A stretch of 55,295 nt of DNA, taken from positions 1-55,295 of the forward strand of contig JAJRTL010000129.1 in NCBI GenBank assembly GCA_024278315.1, in the 5' to 3' direction. This document shows positions 26,220-37,601 of the stretch, in pieces; position 1 is the stretch's first letter; each line of letters opens with the position of its first letter. A model generated the notes under the pieces. The model did not search any database, had not been told where the DNA came from, and saw only the letters and a list, made by a program, of their open reading frames with translations. The stretch is from Planctomycetota bacterium. Lineage in GTDB: Bacteria; Planctomycetota; UBA1135; GCA-002748355. The translations under genes were made by a program, and so were the position numbers.

Positions 26220-29200
26220 ATGCATCTCATGTCTCTTGATCTCAAGCTACTCCGGTTGGCACTGCTGATCTCCGTTTGGGTGCTCGTAGCTGGGTATTTG
26301 CCCGGACAATCCCGGCGTTTCCAAGAGGAGTGGCGATGGGCGCGCTTCGGACTCGACGATGGTCTCCCCTCCCTCAGGATTGAGTCCATCACCGAATCCA
26401 AAGATGGGACTCTCTGGGTCCAGACCGGCAAGGGACCTGCATGGTTCGATGGCTTCCGATGGAATCCCGTCGCCATCGAGTTGGCCAGTCCCCTCGATGT
26501 CCGCGTCTCGATCTGCTCACTCGGTGAAACCGGGATCCTGGTGACGACGCAGGCGAGAGATCTGCTCCGAGTGGAGAAGACAGGCGTATCCCCCCTGGCC
26601 CTGCCCGGCAAGTTCAAGCAACACGTGATCCTCGACGTCCTCGGCGACGGAGATGGAGGGGTCTATCTCCTCCTGTTTCGTGCAGACAGCGGGCAGGGTA
26701 TCCGTTTTCTCTTCCACGATGGCCAGGCTCTTTCCGAGTACGAGCTCCCGGAGGCATTGAGTCGCTCGAAGGGTATCCGCTTGTTACTGGGGACGGGTCA
26801 GGAGGTCTTCCTCGTCAACGACGAGAGGGCCTGGGCTTGGGTGGATTCTCGATTCCTGGGCCCGGTTGCCCTTCCCGAGCCTGGTTGGAATGCACAGGCC
26901 ATCTCCAGTGATGGGCAGGGTGGGATGGGACGCCTTCTGTCTACCAGGCCCTTGGTGGATGGGACCAAGGCGACCGAACGCAAGAGCAGCCTCGAGTCTC
27001 TTCCCCAGGAAACAGCACTCTGGGAACGTGCTGCTGATGCCTCCTTCCTTCGTCGCGAGTGGAGGCGATCGAAGGGGCTCGTTGGCTTGGCCGACTTGCC
27101 CTTGAATCGCTCCATCGTCGTCCTCGAGGGGCGTGAGTGCCAGTTTCTAGAAGTCGGGAGGTGGAAGAACCTCGAGCCTCTCCCCTCCAACTTCCTGGGC
27201 GCGTCCTGTCTCTACTGGACCTCTGATGGTCGCCTTTGTGTGGGGACGGTGAGAGGGCTGTCCATCTGTCAGTACGATTCTGCGCTCTGGGCCCATGCCC
27301 AGATCGATGATCTCGAATCAGGCAAGATCAGCAAGGTCATGGGAGATCGCACGGGCACCCTGTGGGCCATCGGGGGCAGGGGCTTGTTCTCCTTCCCCCC
27401 TGGAGATTCGCTTCGAGGGTCTCCGGCACGCAGGGGAACCAGCCACGGCCTACTTGCGGCAGATCTGATCGAAGATGGACAGGGAAGACTCTGGGCGAGT
27501 GATCGGAAGGGGATAATCTATCGACGAGTGGATGGTCGTTGGAGGGCTCTGGAGGAAAGCGAGATCGTACCTGGCCTCGTGTCTGCCAGGTTCCTGGGTG
27601 CAGATGAGAGAGGCCCCTGGATCCAGGCCTTGTCTAGAATCGACGGGCTGCCGAGTGATCGACTGCTCAGGTGGTCGGGGAAACGGTTCGAGGATTGGCC
27701 ACCCTGGGAGCGGTCTGTCTACGGCCTGTTCCACGATATGGTTGCGGATACGGATGGCTCCTTGTGGTTCGCGGGGAGACAGGGCATCTCCCTGTACAAG
27801 GATGGAGATTGGGAGCACTGGAATCGCGAGAGGGGGCTGATTCGGAATCATGTGGATTCGTTGGCTCTGGATGCCACAGGTCGACTCTGGTTCCTGCATG
27901 AGGGTGTTGCTCTTGGTTCGCTCTCCCATGATGGTGCTGTCAGCTACGCCAACCACTCGGGTCTCGCTGACTATGATTGCCCGCGAAGTCTCGAACGGGG
28001 TGTGGACGGCCGACTCTGGGCGCACACGGATACCCGCTTGCGGCTGCTGCCCGCCACATCGGAGACTTCCAGTTGGGTGGACATCGACTTTCCTCCGGGT
28101 TGGGCTCAGCAGAACTACCTACAGGTACATCCCACCAAGGACACTCTCTTCTTCTTGAATGGCGATGGCGAACTCTCGAGTTTCAATATTGCGGTGGGAG
28201 ACAGCCCGCCGCCCGTGTTGGAGTTGGACGCTCCACGAACCCATGTGGGTGGCATCAGCATGTCGTGGGGGGCACGGTCTTGGAATGGTGCTATTCCGGC
28301 CGCGCGTGTCCTGACGCGCAACCGGATCGACTCCGAGACCTGGTCGGACTGGAGCACCGATCATCGACTGGAGTTGTGGGATCTCGATGCTGGCGCCCAC
28401 CAGATTCGTGTCCAAACTCGGAACAGGCTCGGACGGGAAGGCATCGTTTTCGTGTCGGGTGTCTTCCAGGTACCTGCGCCTTTCTGGATGGGGCCGGCTT
28501 TCTATCTACCGATCTCTGCTCTCTTCTCGCTTCTGTTGGCGACACTTCTCCTCTGGGCTTGGAACACCAGACGCCATGCCCGAATTCTGGAGGTCAATCA
28601 AAAGAAGCTCGTGACGATGGCTGAGATGTCGCCTGTGGGCATTCTGCATGCGAATGACAGGGGCGAGATCCAGTTCCATAATCAAAGGGGCGAGGAGATC
28701 GTGGGCCGGAAGCTCGCGGGGCGACGGCCAGCCGAGTTCGTGGACGCTATCCACAGTGCCGACCGCGCCCGCGTTCGGCGTGAATGGGTGGTGGCAGCCC
28801 GATCAGGCAGCGCCTTCGAGTCTCGCTTCCGCTTTCTCCACGAGGACGGCAGTACGCGTTGGGTCATGGGGCAGGTCGTGTCCGAACATGATGAGAGAGG
28901 CAGGGTGATTGCCTACGTGGGAACCCTTACGGACATCACCGAGATGGAGACGGCAGCTGCAGAGAGAAAAAGATTGGAGGAGAGGCTCGTCCAGGCGCAA
29001 AAACTCGAGAGTGTGGGGCAGCTTGCCGGGGGCATCGCCCACGACTTCAACAATCTCCTCCAAGTCATCCTCGGGTACACGGACTTCCTCGATGAACGTC
29101 TGAAGGTCGACGGAGCGGAGGATCCCGACCTTGCCCAGATCAAGCATTCTGCAGAACGTGCTACGGAATTGACGCGCCAACTCCTCGCGTTTAGCCGGAA

Positions 29201-30134
29201 ACAACAAGGGCGACCCCGACCGTTGAATCCCGTCAAGGCCATCCAAGAGGTCCTTGCGATGATTTGCAGGATCCTCCCCGAGAACATGTCCATCGAGTTC
29301 CAGCCCTCGGATGGGATAGGAACGATCTGCATGGATGGCAATCAGTTCGAACAGGTCCTCTTGAATCTCTGTCTCAATGCCAGGGATGCGATGCCAGATG
29401 GTGGGCTCTTGCGGATCTCGCTTGAGAATGTAGAGATCGTCGCATCAGACGATCGGCATGGCGCCATTGTGGCCCCAGGACGCTACGTGCTTCTGCGTGT
29501 GCTCGATACAGGGACAGGGATGAGTGAGGCCGTCTCCAAGAGACTCTTCGAACCATTCTTCACGACCAAAGAGCCTGGCAAGGGGACGGGGCTCGGCATG
29601 GCCATGGTCTATGGCATCATTCGGCAGAACGAAGGGGCAGTCGAGGTCGAGAGCGAACTGGGCGAGGGCACCGAACTTCGAATCTACCTCCCTCGGATCG
29701 AAGGTCAGCTCGAGATCGGAAGGGAGGTTGTGATCGAAGAACAGAGCGGCGGTGGGGAGACGATCTTGATTGCAGAGGACGAGGAACTCGTGAGAGACCT
29801 TGCGCAAACCATGCTGGAAAGAGCGGGGTATCGCGTTCTGACGGCGGTGGATGGAGAAGATGCCATCCAGATTTTCCAGGAACACCGCGATGAGATCTCG
29901 GTGGTTCTGCTGGACGCCATCATGCCGCGTTGTGGCGGACGAGAAGTCTATGAGCGCCTCCGGGGTATGGACGCCAAGGTCGCCTTCCTCTTCTCCAGCG
30001 GTCATCCGGCCAATCAACTTCCTGGTACCTTCCTGGAGGAGAATCGCCTGGTCCTGATCCCCAAGCCCTACAAGGCCAAGCAACTCTTGAAGGAAGTGAG
30101 AGGCGTCTTGGAGAGGCAGAGCCGCCAGGACTGA
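26220..30134 (+). CDS. Hybrid sensor histidine kinase (periplasmic Reg_prop beta-propellers / Y_Y_Y-like domain - TM - PAS - HisKA - HATPase - REC)
   Basis: DGLPS...DGTLW repeats, [65 protein letters not shown]. Confidence 0.93.
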   Translation: MHLMSLDLKLLRLALLISVWVLVAGYLPGQSRRFQEEWRWARFGLDDGLPSLRIESITESKDGTLWVQTGKGPAWFDGFRWNPVAIELASPLDVRVSICSLGETGILVTTQARDLLRVEKTGVSPLALPGKFKQHVILDVLGDGDGGVYLLLFRADSGQGIRFLFHDGQALSEYELPEALSRSKGIRLLLGTGQEVFLVNDERAWAWVDSRFLGPVALPEPGWNAQAISSDGQGGMGRLLSTRPLVDGTKATERKSSLESLPQETALWERAADASFLRREWRRSKGLVGLADLPLNRSIVVLEGRECQFLEVGRWKNLEPLPSNFLGASCLYWTSDGRLCVGTVRGLSICQYDSALWAHAQIDDLESGKISKVMGDRTGTLWAIGGRGLFSFPPGDSLRGSPARRGTSHGLLAADLIEDGQGRLWASDRKGIIYRRVDGRWRALEESEIVPGLVSARFLGADERGPWIQALSRIDGLPSDRLLRWSGKRFEDWPPWERSVYGLFHDMVADTDGSLWFAGRQGISLYKDGDWEHWNRERGLIRNHVDSLALDATGRLWFLHEGVALGSLSHDGAVSYANHSGLADYDCPRSLERGVDGRLWAHTDTRLRLLPATSETSSWVDIDFPPGWAQQNYLQVHPTKDTLFFLNGDGELSSFNIAVGDSPPPVLELDAPRTHVGGISMSWGARSWNGAIPAARVLTRNRIDSETWSDWSTDHRLELWDLDAGAHQIRVQTRNRLGREGIVFVSGVFQVPAPFWMGPAFYLPISALFSLLLATLLLWAWNTRRHARILEVNQKKLVTMAEMSPVGILHANDRGEIQFHNQRGEEIVGRKLAGRRPAEFVDAIHSADRARVRREWVVAARSGSAFESRFRFLHEDGSTRWVMGQVVSEHDERGRVIAYVGTLTDITEMETAAAERKRLEERLVQAQKLESVGQLAGGIAHDFNNLLQVILGYTDFLDERLKVDGAEDPDLAQIKHSAERATELTRQLLAFSRKQQGRPRPLNPVKAIQEVLAMICRILPENMSIEFQPSDGIGTICMDGNQFEQVLLNLCLNARDAMPDGGLLRISLENVEIVASDDRHGAIVAPGRYVLLRVLDTGTGMSEAVSKRLFEPFFTTKEPGKGTGLGMAMVYGIIRQNEGAVEVESELGEGTELRIYLPRIEGQLEIGREVVIEEQSGGGETILIAEDEELVRDLAQTMLERAGYRVLTAVDGEDAIQIFQEHRDEISVVLLDAIMPRCGGREVYERLRGMDAKVAFLFSSGHPANQLPGTFLEENRLVLIPKPYKAKQLLKEVRGVLERQSRQD

Positions 30135-30163
30135 GAGCAGACTCCCTGTGGTCAAGGCAGGGG

Positions 30164-30574
30164 CTAGCAACCCTGGAGGGTCTCTCGGGGAATCTGAAAC
30201 CAGGAGCTGAGTTCCCGGAGGTTGCGAAACGGGCGGATCTCGATTCCGTTCCGTTCCAGGACGCTGGCAATCATCCTGGCCAGGCCGAAGGCAAACGAGT
30301 CCAGGCACAGGATCGCGACACGAAAGCGAGGCTCCTGTCGTGGGTCGAATCTATCTGCACGGTCGAGAGCGGATGAGATCGCCGTGAGGCCTGGATAGTC
30401 GAGGTCGAACTCGGTGACTTGCGTGAAGTCGAGCAACCGATTCCATTGGCCTTCAAGCTCGTTCTCGAAACCAAGAGGCTCGAGCATGGCTTGCAGCGTG
30501 GCATGGTCGAGCGATCTCTCCGGCCGGAACATGGCCAGATGCGATTGAGGCAGTGTTCGGTAGATGAGAACCAT
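30164..30574 (-). CDS. Small STAS/SpoIIAA-like hypothetical protein
   Basis: 136 aa from ATG 30574; LLDFTQV...RVAIL...FGLARM...IRPFRNL...W pattern. Confidence 0.65.
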   Translation of the reverse strand: MVLIYRTLPQSHLAMFRPERSLDHATLQAMLEPLGFENELEGQWNRLLDFTQVTEFDLDYPGLTAISSALDRADRFDPRQEPRFRVAILCLDSFAFGLARMIASVLERNGIEIRPFRNLRELSSWFQIPRETLQGC

Positions 30575-30712
30575 GAGACTGGGTAATGGGGAATGCTCCC
30601 TATCTTGCCTTGAAATCGTCCCCAGGGACAGGGGACTTGTGCCTCCCGACGAAATGGTTGGTTCTTGAGGGAAAGACCTGCAATCCTCCAACCAGAAGGA
30701 TGACGTGGATCT

Positions 30713-32059
30713 ATGGTAGAACCGGATTCGAGTAAGGAGCCTTCCCCTCAAGAGGAGGCCTGGGTGGACCTCATGCCGGGGCGGCTGCCGACGGGCAGGC
30801 GAAGCTACGGGCCGGGCGACATTGGCTCCGCCCTGGAGCTCCTCCTTGAATACTCGCACCAGGATCGGTTCGGGGAGGAGTTGGGTCGCGGCTTGGATCT
30901 CCTGTGGGAGGCGGCGGAGCCGGATCTCGCGCAGGACGAGCAGGAGGAGCTTGAAGCCTTGGCGGATGAGGTCGGAATCACCGAGGCATGGTTGTTGGTG
31001 GATTTTGCTCTCGCCGATCAATGGTCGCTCCTGGACCATTTCCTCATGGAACGAGGTGACACGTTGGAAGTGGGGCAGCGTAATTTCCTCCTGGACCTCA
31101 GAGAGACTCATCTTTCGCTCTTCGAAGTCAGGGAGGTTGTGCCCGGCAAGGGCTTCGTCGGAACGGATCTCTGGTCGGGAGATCGGTTTCGGATTTCCTG
31201 TCCCGATCTATGGCCTCATCTTGTCCGATGGGACTTGTTGGTCGGCAGGTTGTTGTGTCGTCCCGACGGATCCGTGATGTTCGAGTTCGGGACCTACCCC
31301 TTTCCTGCGGGATCTTCGGTCGAGATTCGGGACCGATTGCGTCAGCACAACGATTGGCTTCTCTCCTACGAGCCCAATCTCTCAGCGCGCACATTCATGA
31401 AGCGCATAGGGTTCCTCTTCCATCACCTCGTGATCGAGTTCCGTGAAGGAAGGAGGCCATCCTTCCTCTTTCCCGAATCGAGCCTGATCACGCTTCGAGT
31501 CTATCGATGCAGGGACCCGGAGGCGGCGGCCCTGCTTCTCGAGCAGGCCATGGACTCATTCCTGGGGATCAGGAGATATCATTGGCTGTTCAAGAGTCAC
31601 GCTGGTCGCTCGACGCAGGTGGATCCAGAGGCGCCGCAAGTAAGGATCAGGGGGAGATGTCTCGAGGCTGCAGGTCTGGAGGTCATGGATCTGGAGCGAC
31701 TGGAGGAGCGACTTTCGGATCTGCTACCGCATTCACTGGAGATGCTCGAGCAACGACGCATGACGATCGAGGCTCTGCGGGAGATCGAGTCGGGCCAGTT
31801 GGAGGCTGCCAGTGGAACGTTGGCCGCAGTGCATGGAAACCTCCGATCGCAACTCGACGCCTGGTTGCACACGGCCCAACCCGAGTTCAAGGGACTTTCG
31901 CCATTGGATTGCTCGGGGGACGGTGAGTTCATGCCCTCGGTGTTGGACCAACTCAAGGCCTTCGAGAACAGGGAAAGTCGGAAGCCCATGCACGCGAAGG
32001 CTCGCTATGATTTCGGCTGGGTCTGGGAACGGCTTGGGTCCAGGGATGAACGCGCTTGA
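30713..32059 (+). CDS. Hypothetical protein with C-terminal Xre/MbcA/ParS (DUF2384)-like motif
   Basis: 448-aa ORF; SLFEVREVVPGKG in the middle; WLHTAQPEFKGLSPLD resembles W-x3-P-x-P-x-L-G-G-x-T-P. Confidence 0.65.
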   Translation: MVEPDSSKEPSPQEEAWVDLMPGRLPTGRRSYGPGDIGSALELLLEYSHQDRFGEELGRGLDLLWEAAEPDLAQDEQEELEALADEVGITEAWLLVDFALADQWSLLDHFLMERGDTLEVGQRNFLLDLRETHLSLFEVREVVPGKGFVGTDLWSGDRFRISCPDLWPHLVRWDLLVGRLLCRPDGSVMFEFGTYPFPAGSSVEIRDRLRQHNDWLLSYEPNLSARTFMKRIGFLFHHLVIEFREGRRPSFLFPESSLITLRVYRCRDPEAAALLLEQAMDSFLGIRRYHWLFKSHAGRSTQVDPEAPQVRIRGRCLEAAGLEVMDLERLEERLSDLLPHSLEMLEQRRMTIEALREIESGQLEAASGTLAAVHGNLRSQLDAWLHTAQPEFKGLSPLDCSGDGEFMPSVLDQLKAFENRESRKPMHAKARYDFGWVWERLGSRDERA

Positions 32060-32073
32060 TTGGCTGATTGGGT

Positions 32074-34812
32074 ATGGAAGAACAAGGCGATGACTCGCGG
32101 GAGGAGACCGAGATCCAGAGTGATCCTTCCTGGGATTACTACCATCGGTATCTGAAGGAACGCGACGAGAATCCGGCCTCTTCCTTCGAGAGATTTCTGG
32201 AGAGTGTTCCTGCGAGCCTCAGAGAGAAGGTAAGGGAGAAGATCGCGGACCTGGAGTTCACCGAGAGCCTGTTGTCGGGCCGCAGGGAAGAAGCCGAGAC
32301 GCCGACGATCACGGGCTTTGACATCCTACGTACTCTCGGGCGTGGCGGGATGGGGAGGGTGTACCTGGCCAGACGCATTCGGGATGCACGCGAGGTAGCT
32401 CTCAAGGTGTTCCGGAGTCAACCGATCTTCGAGAAGCGCGCACGCGTCTTGTTCGCACGTGAAGTGGCAGCCATCGAAGCGCTCGATCACCCCAACATCG
32501 GGAAGATCCTCGACAAGGATCCCAGTGGTCAAGGCCAGTGGCTCGCCATGGAGTACATCGATGGAGTGAGTTTCTCCTTCGAAATCCATGCGCAGAGAGA
32601 CCGGCTCGGCAAAGTGCCGGCTGATAGGACACCGACTGATAGGACACCGACTGATAGGGTCAGGGACTGCCTGCTGCCTCCGTGGGATTCGGGGATCTAT
32701 GTCCGTTGTGTGGCGAAGCTCATGCTGGACATCGCCAAGGCACTTGCGCATGCCCACGAACGAGGTGTCTACCATCGGGATGTCAAGCCAGGCAACATCC
32801 TGATTCAAGACCCTGAGCATGCCATCCTCGTCGATTTCGGCCTGGCCAAGATCATGGAGGATGAGAGTCGCACCGGAGTCGGTGATCTTCTCGGTACCTT
32901 GGGGTACATGAGTCCCGAGCAGATCCTGGCCAGGCGAGTTCCGATCGATCACCGGACGGATTTCTGGTCCCTAGGGGTGACGTTCTACCAGATCCTGGCT
33001 CTCCAACGCCCATTCGAGGGTGAGACCTATGAGGAGGTGCATCGACAGGTGTGCTTCGAGGAGGCGCTGCCTCTTGCCGTCCACAATCCGAGAGTTCCTC
33101 GAGATCTTTCCAAGATCCTGGAACGGTGCCTGCAGAAGAATCCACGTCATCGGTTCGATTCCGCCAACGACATCGTCCTGCATCTGGAGGAGTTTCTGCA
33201 GCACCGCAAGAGCAGCCTTCCCGCTCTGCCCTTGTCGCGTCGATTCAAGGCGACCTGGAGACGCCACCGAATCCTGGCCTCCTCCCTCCTGCTGACATGC
33301 CTGTTGCTTGTCTCCATGGCTACAGCATGGATCTGGAGTCGTACTCGTGCCCACATGGAGATGGTGCAGACGTCGCATGCGAAACTCCTTGCATTCCATG
33401 AGGAATGGAGTGGGCAAGGAGTCTCGACCCTCGAGGAGAGTCGCATCCGTGGGCGCATCAAGAGAGTTCAGGAGATTCTGGCGAAGCATGGCGACGATGA
33501 GCGCGGATCGGGGCAGCGAGTCCTTGCGATAGGCAGCGTCGAAGGACAGCGGCGCCTGGCCCTCGGACGCAAACTGCTGAAGGAAGGGGCGCTATCCGGG
33601 GCTTGGAATCCAAAGGACGGAAAGATCCCCGACCCTGTCATGATCGAGCGGGGTAGGGTGCTCATGGAGGGAGCGGGCGTGATCCTGGATGGTGATCGGG
33701 CACGGTTTGCGGATGAGATCCATCGATATACACGATCCTGGATGACCATCCATCGACCGGATCTGCCCGGCATCCAGGGCGAGATCCGTGTTCGACAATC
33801 GCATTGGGTCGACAAGCAGGGTGGATTCACAAAGCCGGCTCCCTTTCAGATGGAGTTCGGAAGGCCCTTCACGCTTCCCTCGGGCATCTACCGGTTCGAG
33901 ATCCAGGTGGAGGGGTATGGCGCGGGGGAGTTCGTGAGGCGCCTGACCTCTCCTGGCGAGCAGCAGGAGCTCCGCCCTCGCATTCTCAATACCCGCAAGG
34001 TCATCGCGGAGGGGATGAGTCTGATCGAAGGCGGAGACTGCATCGTCGGCGGCAATCCCCGGGTCTACCCCTACCGACGGCACCGGATCCGTCTCCCTTC
34101 CTTCTACATGGATACCCATGAGGTCACCGTGGGGGAGTTCCTGGCCTTCATGGAGGCCACTGGGTGTCCACCTCCCCGACCCTGGCCCAAAGACTGGAAG
34201 AAATACCTGCCTCTACTTCGTGACAAGTGGGCGCGCCATCCGATGACGCAGGTCAACCTGCAACAGGCGAGGGCCTACGCGGAATGGATGGGGAAGCGCC
34301 TGCCGAGTGCTTTCGAATGGGAGCGAGCGGCAAGGGGCAAGGAGGGGAAGGAGTATCTCTGGGGGGAGTGGTCGGACCTGGGCTTCGAGGACAAGTTCAC
34401 GAACACGGAGCGCCTGGAGCTGTCCAAGAGGTATGCACTGATCACGGCGACCCTCCGTATCCGTGAACAGTCGACCTTGGTCCGCCCCCTCAAGATGCTC
34501 TATCCCGTGGGTAGTTTCGAGGCGGATCAGACGGCAGAGGGGATCTTCGATCTCCTGGGGAACGCCACGGAGATGACCGAGACGCCTACGCTCCAGACCT
34601 GGTCGCGCATGGATCCTGCCACTTTCGTAAGACCCAACATCCTCATCCCGTCGCGGACCTCCTATCTCATCAAGGGGAGCAACGTTCAGAGCATGTGGAG
34701 TCGAAAATACAACCCAGTGCTGACCCTGTCCCTGCGTTACTTCACTCCCAGCCAGGGCAGTAACTTCGGGTCTCTGACGGGATTCCGATGCGTGAAGTCC
34801 ATCCCCAGGTAG
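32074..34812 (+). CDS. Ser/Thr protein kinase with TM helix and C-terminal FGE-sulfatase (SUMF1-like) domain
   Basis: LGRGGMGRVY, VALK, HRDVKPGN, DFG, YMSPEQ; FGE motifs HEVT, RLPSAFEWERAARG, DLLGN, GFRC. Confidence 0.92.
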   Translation: MEEQGDDSREETEIQSDPSWDYYHRYLKERDENPASSFERFLESVPASLREKVREKIADLEFTESLLSGRREEAETPTITGFDILRTLGRGGMGRVYLARRIRDAREVALKVFRSQPIFEKRARVLFAREVAAIEALDHPNIGKILDKDPSGQGQWLAMEYIDGVSFSFEIHAQRDRLGKVPADRTPTDRTPTDRVRDCLLPPWDSGIYVRCVAKLMLDIAKALAHAHERGVYHRDVKPGNILIQDPEHAILVDFGLAKIMEDESRTGVGDLLGTLGYMSPEQILARRVPIDHRTDFWSLGVTFYQILALQRPFEGETYEEVHRQVCFEEALPLAVHNPRVPRDLSKILERCLQKNPRHRFDSANDIVLHLEEFLQHRKSSLPALPLSRRFKATWRRHRILASSLLLTCLLLVSMATAWIWSRTRAHMEMVQTSHAKLLAFHEEWSGQGVSTLEESRIRGRIKRVQEILAKHGDDERGSGQRVLAIGSVEGQRRLALGRKLLKEGALSGAWNPKDGKIPDPVMIERGRVLMEGAGVILDGDRARFADEIHRYTRSWMTIHRPDLPGIQGEIRVRQSHWVDKQGGFTKPAPFQMEFGRPFTLPSGIYRFEIQVEGYGAGEFVRRLTSPGEQQELRPRILNTRKVIAEGMSLIEGGDCIVGGNPRVYPYRRHRIRLPSFYMDTHEVTVGEFLAFMEATGCPPPRPWPKDWKKYLPLLRDKWARHPMTQVNLQQARAYAEWMGKRLPSAFEWERAARGKEGKEYLWGEWSDLGFEDKFTNTERLELSKRYALITATLRIREQSTLVRPLKMLYPVGSFEADQTAEGIFDLLGNATEMTETPTLQTWSRMDPATFVRPNILIPSRTSYLIKGSNVQSMWSRKYNPVLTLSLRYFTPSQGSNFGSLTGFRCVKSIPR
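32621..32658 (+). repeat. 15-bp tandem repeat (2.5 copies) inside the kinase domain
   Basis: CTGATAGGACACCGA x2 plus CTGATAGG, encoding DRTPT-DRTPT-DR. Confidence 0.9.
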
Positions 34813-34911
34813 AGCCCACCCTTGCGGGCTCGGGCCAAAGCCCTATCCTCTTTCGCCGACCAGTCCACTGTGTCCACTGACGTATTACCCACTCTTCCCC
34901 CAGGAGTCCTG

Positions 34912-36168
34912 ATGTCCTCCCGTATGCTGGCTTACCTGCTCGCTATCCTTGGCCTGTTTGCAGCTCTCTGTCCGGCCCAAGCGACCGAAAAACCTCTTCC
35001 ACAGATCAAGGATACGAAGATATCCAAGGCCCAGCTCGATTTGGAGCTGACTCCCCTTCGTGTGGCGGAACTCGAGAAGCTCTCGGAGGCCTGGGTGGCC
35101 GAACTCGAGAAGCTGGTCCAGACGATCTCCGAGAAGGAGATTGCTGCTCTCACGGCGGAGGGCGAGGCCAAGGACGCGCTCACCAAGGAGATCGCTGAGC
35201 TCAGCAGCGAGAAGACCAAGCTCATCGATCGCGTGAGGATCGTCCTGGCTGCCTGGACCGAGAAGGGCGGTGATCCCAAGGAGCAGGAAATGTATGTGGG
35301 CATGGTGTCCGGTATCAACTTGGATGCCACCGACACTGGTGCTCTCTGGATCTACCTCAAGACATGGATCGTCTCGGATGCGGGTGGCATCCGATGGGGA
35401 CTGAACATCCTCTTTGCGTTCCTCACCGTGATCTTCTTCAAGATCGTTTCCAAGCTCGGAGGCCACGCGGTCGACAAGGGCCTGAATCGGGCGCGCAAGA
35501 CGCCAGAACTTCTACGCGGATTCTTGGTCAACACCGTGCGCAAGGTGACGATGTTCGTGGGCTATGTGATTGCCCTGTCCTTCCTGGAAGTGGACATCGG
35601 ACCTTTCCTGGCGGCCATGGGCGCGGCAGGCTTCATCATCGGCTTTGCCCTGCAAGGTACCCTCAGCAACTTTGCCAGTGGCGTTTTGATCCTGCTCTAT
35701 CGTCCCTACGACATCGGGAATTTCGTGACCTTGGCTGGTGTGAGTGGCAGTGTGGAGTCCATGACCCTCGTCTCCACGACGGTCAAGACTCCCGACAACC
35801 AGATCCTCATCGTCCCCAACTCCAAGATCTGGGGCGAGGTCATCACCAACGTGACGGGAAGTTCCACGCGGCGTGTGGATCTCGTCTTTGGTATCGGATA
35901 CGAGGACGATATCGCCAAGGCCTAGACTGTCCTCAAGCAGATCCTCAAGGAGCATGAGCTGGTCCTGGACGAGCCCGAATCTGTCGTGAAACTGGCCGAG
36001 CTGGCTGATTCCTCGGTCAACTTCAATGTGCGCCCCTGGGTCAAGACCAGCGACTATTGGGATGTCTACTGGGACGTCACCCGCCAGGTCAAGGAGCGCT
36101 TCGATGCTGAGGGCATTTCGATCCCCTTCCCGCAACGAGATGTGCACCTGCACCAGGCTACGACCTGA
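34912..36168 (+). pseudogene. mscS: Small-conductance mechanosensitive channel (MscS family) with in-frame TAG at 35923-35925
   Basis: GFALQGTLSNFASG, RPYDIG, IVPNSKIWG, RRVDLVFGIGY. The same frame continues past the TAG to ELADSSVNF...ISIPFPQRDVHL. AGGAG RBS before ATG 34912. Confidence 0.85.
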
Positions 36169-36222
36169 TGGAGTCTCCGGGCGTAGCGGCAGCCCATCTG
36201 TCGCTACACCCGTGATCCAGGG

Positions 36223-37056
36223 TCAGCACCAGGGTGAGTATTCGAACTCCCAGTTGGCCGTCGTGAGGATGGCCCCCTTGATGCCGAGCAAGAGGTTCTC
36301 GGTGAGTTCCTCGTATCTCTCGGTGCCCGTGTGCGGCAGGTCGTTCCAGGAGTTGAGTCCTCCGAAGGCCCAAGCACGCGAGGCGCTACGGAAAAACCTC
36401 GAGACCTCTTCTGGGCAATAGTCCTTCACCAGCTGGAAGACGGGGTGCACGGCCTCTGGATCGTCCAGGGTGAGGTCCTGAAGCGCCAACGCGAATCGAT
36501 GTTGCCAGGCCTCGAGCCCCTCGAAACCGCACCAGAGGATCAATTCCTCAAGGCTCTCCCTGTAGGCAGGCAAGGTGTCTTGGATCGGTGTGCTGTCAAT
36601 CTCTCCCGTAAAACCGCCCTCGAAGACGAAGGGGAAGGCCGGGTCGCTTTCCACTTGACGGCTGGCCTCGTAATCGACATCCGTGGACACCTCTTGATGG
36701 ACATAGGCTTTGTATGCCAGGACATGGCCTGGGATCTGCACGGCAAGCATGAGGTGCGAGGTTCCCTGGAAGCCCTCGCGGATCCGTGCGGGAATATCGC
36801 TGGCGTCTTCCGTCATGACCGAGATCATCCGGAGGGCGCTCGCACCCTTCTTGGCCATTTCCTCCAGGAACCCAGAGAAGGTGAGGGGGTTCTCAGGATG
36901 GGGGAAGAAGGGCACGGAGAGGAGCTCCTCGGAGCCTCCGCTCAGATTCAGCTGTATGGCTTCGTCGTGAGCGCGCGTGAGGAGCAGTGGACCCTCGGCC
37001 AGCAGCCGAGTGCCCAGGAGTGCGATTCCTGTTCCTATGAGATCGGTGGTCTGCAT
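36223..37056 (-). CDS. Hypothetical protein (C-terminal FGGxxSWND motif)
   Basis: GAGGAGG RBS before ATG 37056; WAFGGLNSWNDL. Confidence 0.7.
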   Translation of the reverse strand: MQTTDLIGTGIALLGTRLLAEGPLLLTRAHDEAIQLNLSGGSEELLSVPFFPHPENPLTFSGFLEEMAKKGASALRMISVMTEDASDIPARIREGFQGTSHLMLAVQIPGHVLAYKAYVHQEVSTDVDYEASRQVESDPAFPFVFEGGFTGEIDSTPIQDTLPAYRESLEELILWCGFEGLEAWQHRFALALQDLTLDDPEAVHPVFQLVKDYCPEEVSRFFRSASRAWAFGGLNSWNDLPHTGTERYEELTENLLLGIKGAILTTANWEFEYSPWC

Positions 37057-37102
37057 GCCTCCTCTCTTCGGCAAAGAGGAGGCCGGAGCTACAGGTAGAG
37101 AG

Positions 37103-37402
37103 CTACTTGCGCATCGCCTTTTGGCCCTGCAGGAACTTGTCCTTCTGCTCGTCGCTCATCTCCTTCCAGGTGTCGATGCAGCCCTCGCAGCAGAATCCGA
37201 CCTTCTGGCCCTTGTAGTCCACCGTGACGTCTGTTCTGGCATCTTTGTCCGGGGCTCCCGGGCACTTGGAGTTGACGATACCCGCTGCTGCCGGACCGCC
37301 GGAGGCAGCCGGATCCGCACTGGCGTCGCCCTTCGTGCCCTGGCAGGAAACGGAAAACAGGGTGAGAAGCAGGAACGAGAATGAGAACAAGAAACTCTTC
37401 AT
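37103..37402 (-). CDS. Small YHS-like (metal-binding) lipoprotein
   Basis: Lipobox SVSC; NSKCP...YKGQKVGFCCEGC. Confidence 0.8.
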   Translation of the reverse strand: MKSFLFSFSFLLLTLFSVSCQGTKGDASADPAASGGPAAAGIVNSKCPGAPDKDARTDVTVDYKGQKVGFCCEGCIDTWKEMSDEQKDKFLQGQKAMRK

Positions 37403-37493
37403 GGGCTGATACCTGATAAGTGGCTGCACTGAAAAGCGAGAATCTATCCTCGATCGCGCTGGCAGAAAGACGCATCTGGCCTTTCTGCTGTGT

Positions 37494-37510
37494 ATGCAAG
37501 CATCTTGCAT
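37494..37510. promoter_or_regulatory. Perfect palindrome, operator-like
   Basis: ATGCAAG-CAT-CTTGCAT in a divergent intergenic region. Confidence 0.45.
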
Positions 37511-37601
37511 GGGGAGAGAACGCCCGGAACGCACGGTCTGTTGGATTATGCTATAAGTGATGAGGCGGTAGACAGGGTGATTGAGGACGGGAGGTCGTAC
37601 A

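Noticed and set aside
30575-31111. Upstream extension of ORF 30164..31111
   Set aside because: It is antisense to the 30713 gene; the plausible small protein starts at 30574.
35923-35925. Genome-wide TAG reassignment or amber suppression
   Set aside because: TAG ends many genes here at natural C-termini (pstS, pstA, pstB, kinase, TPR peptidase), and neither tRNA has a CTA anticodon.
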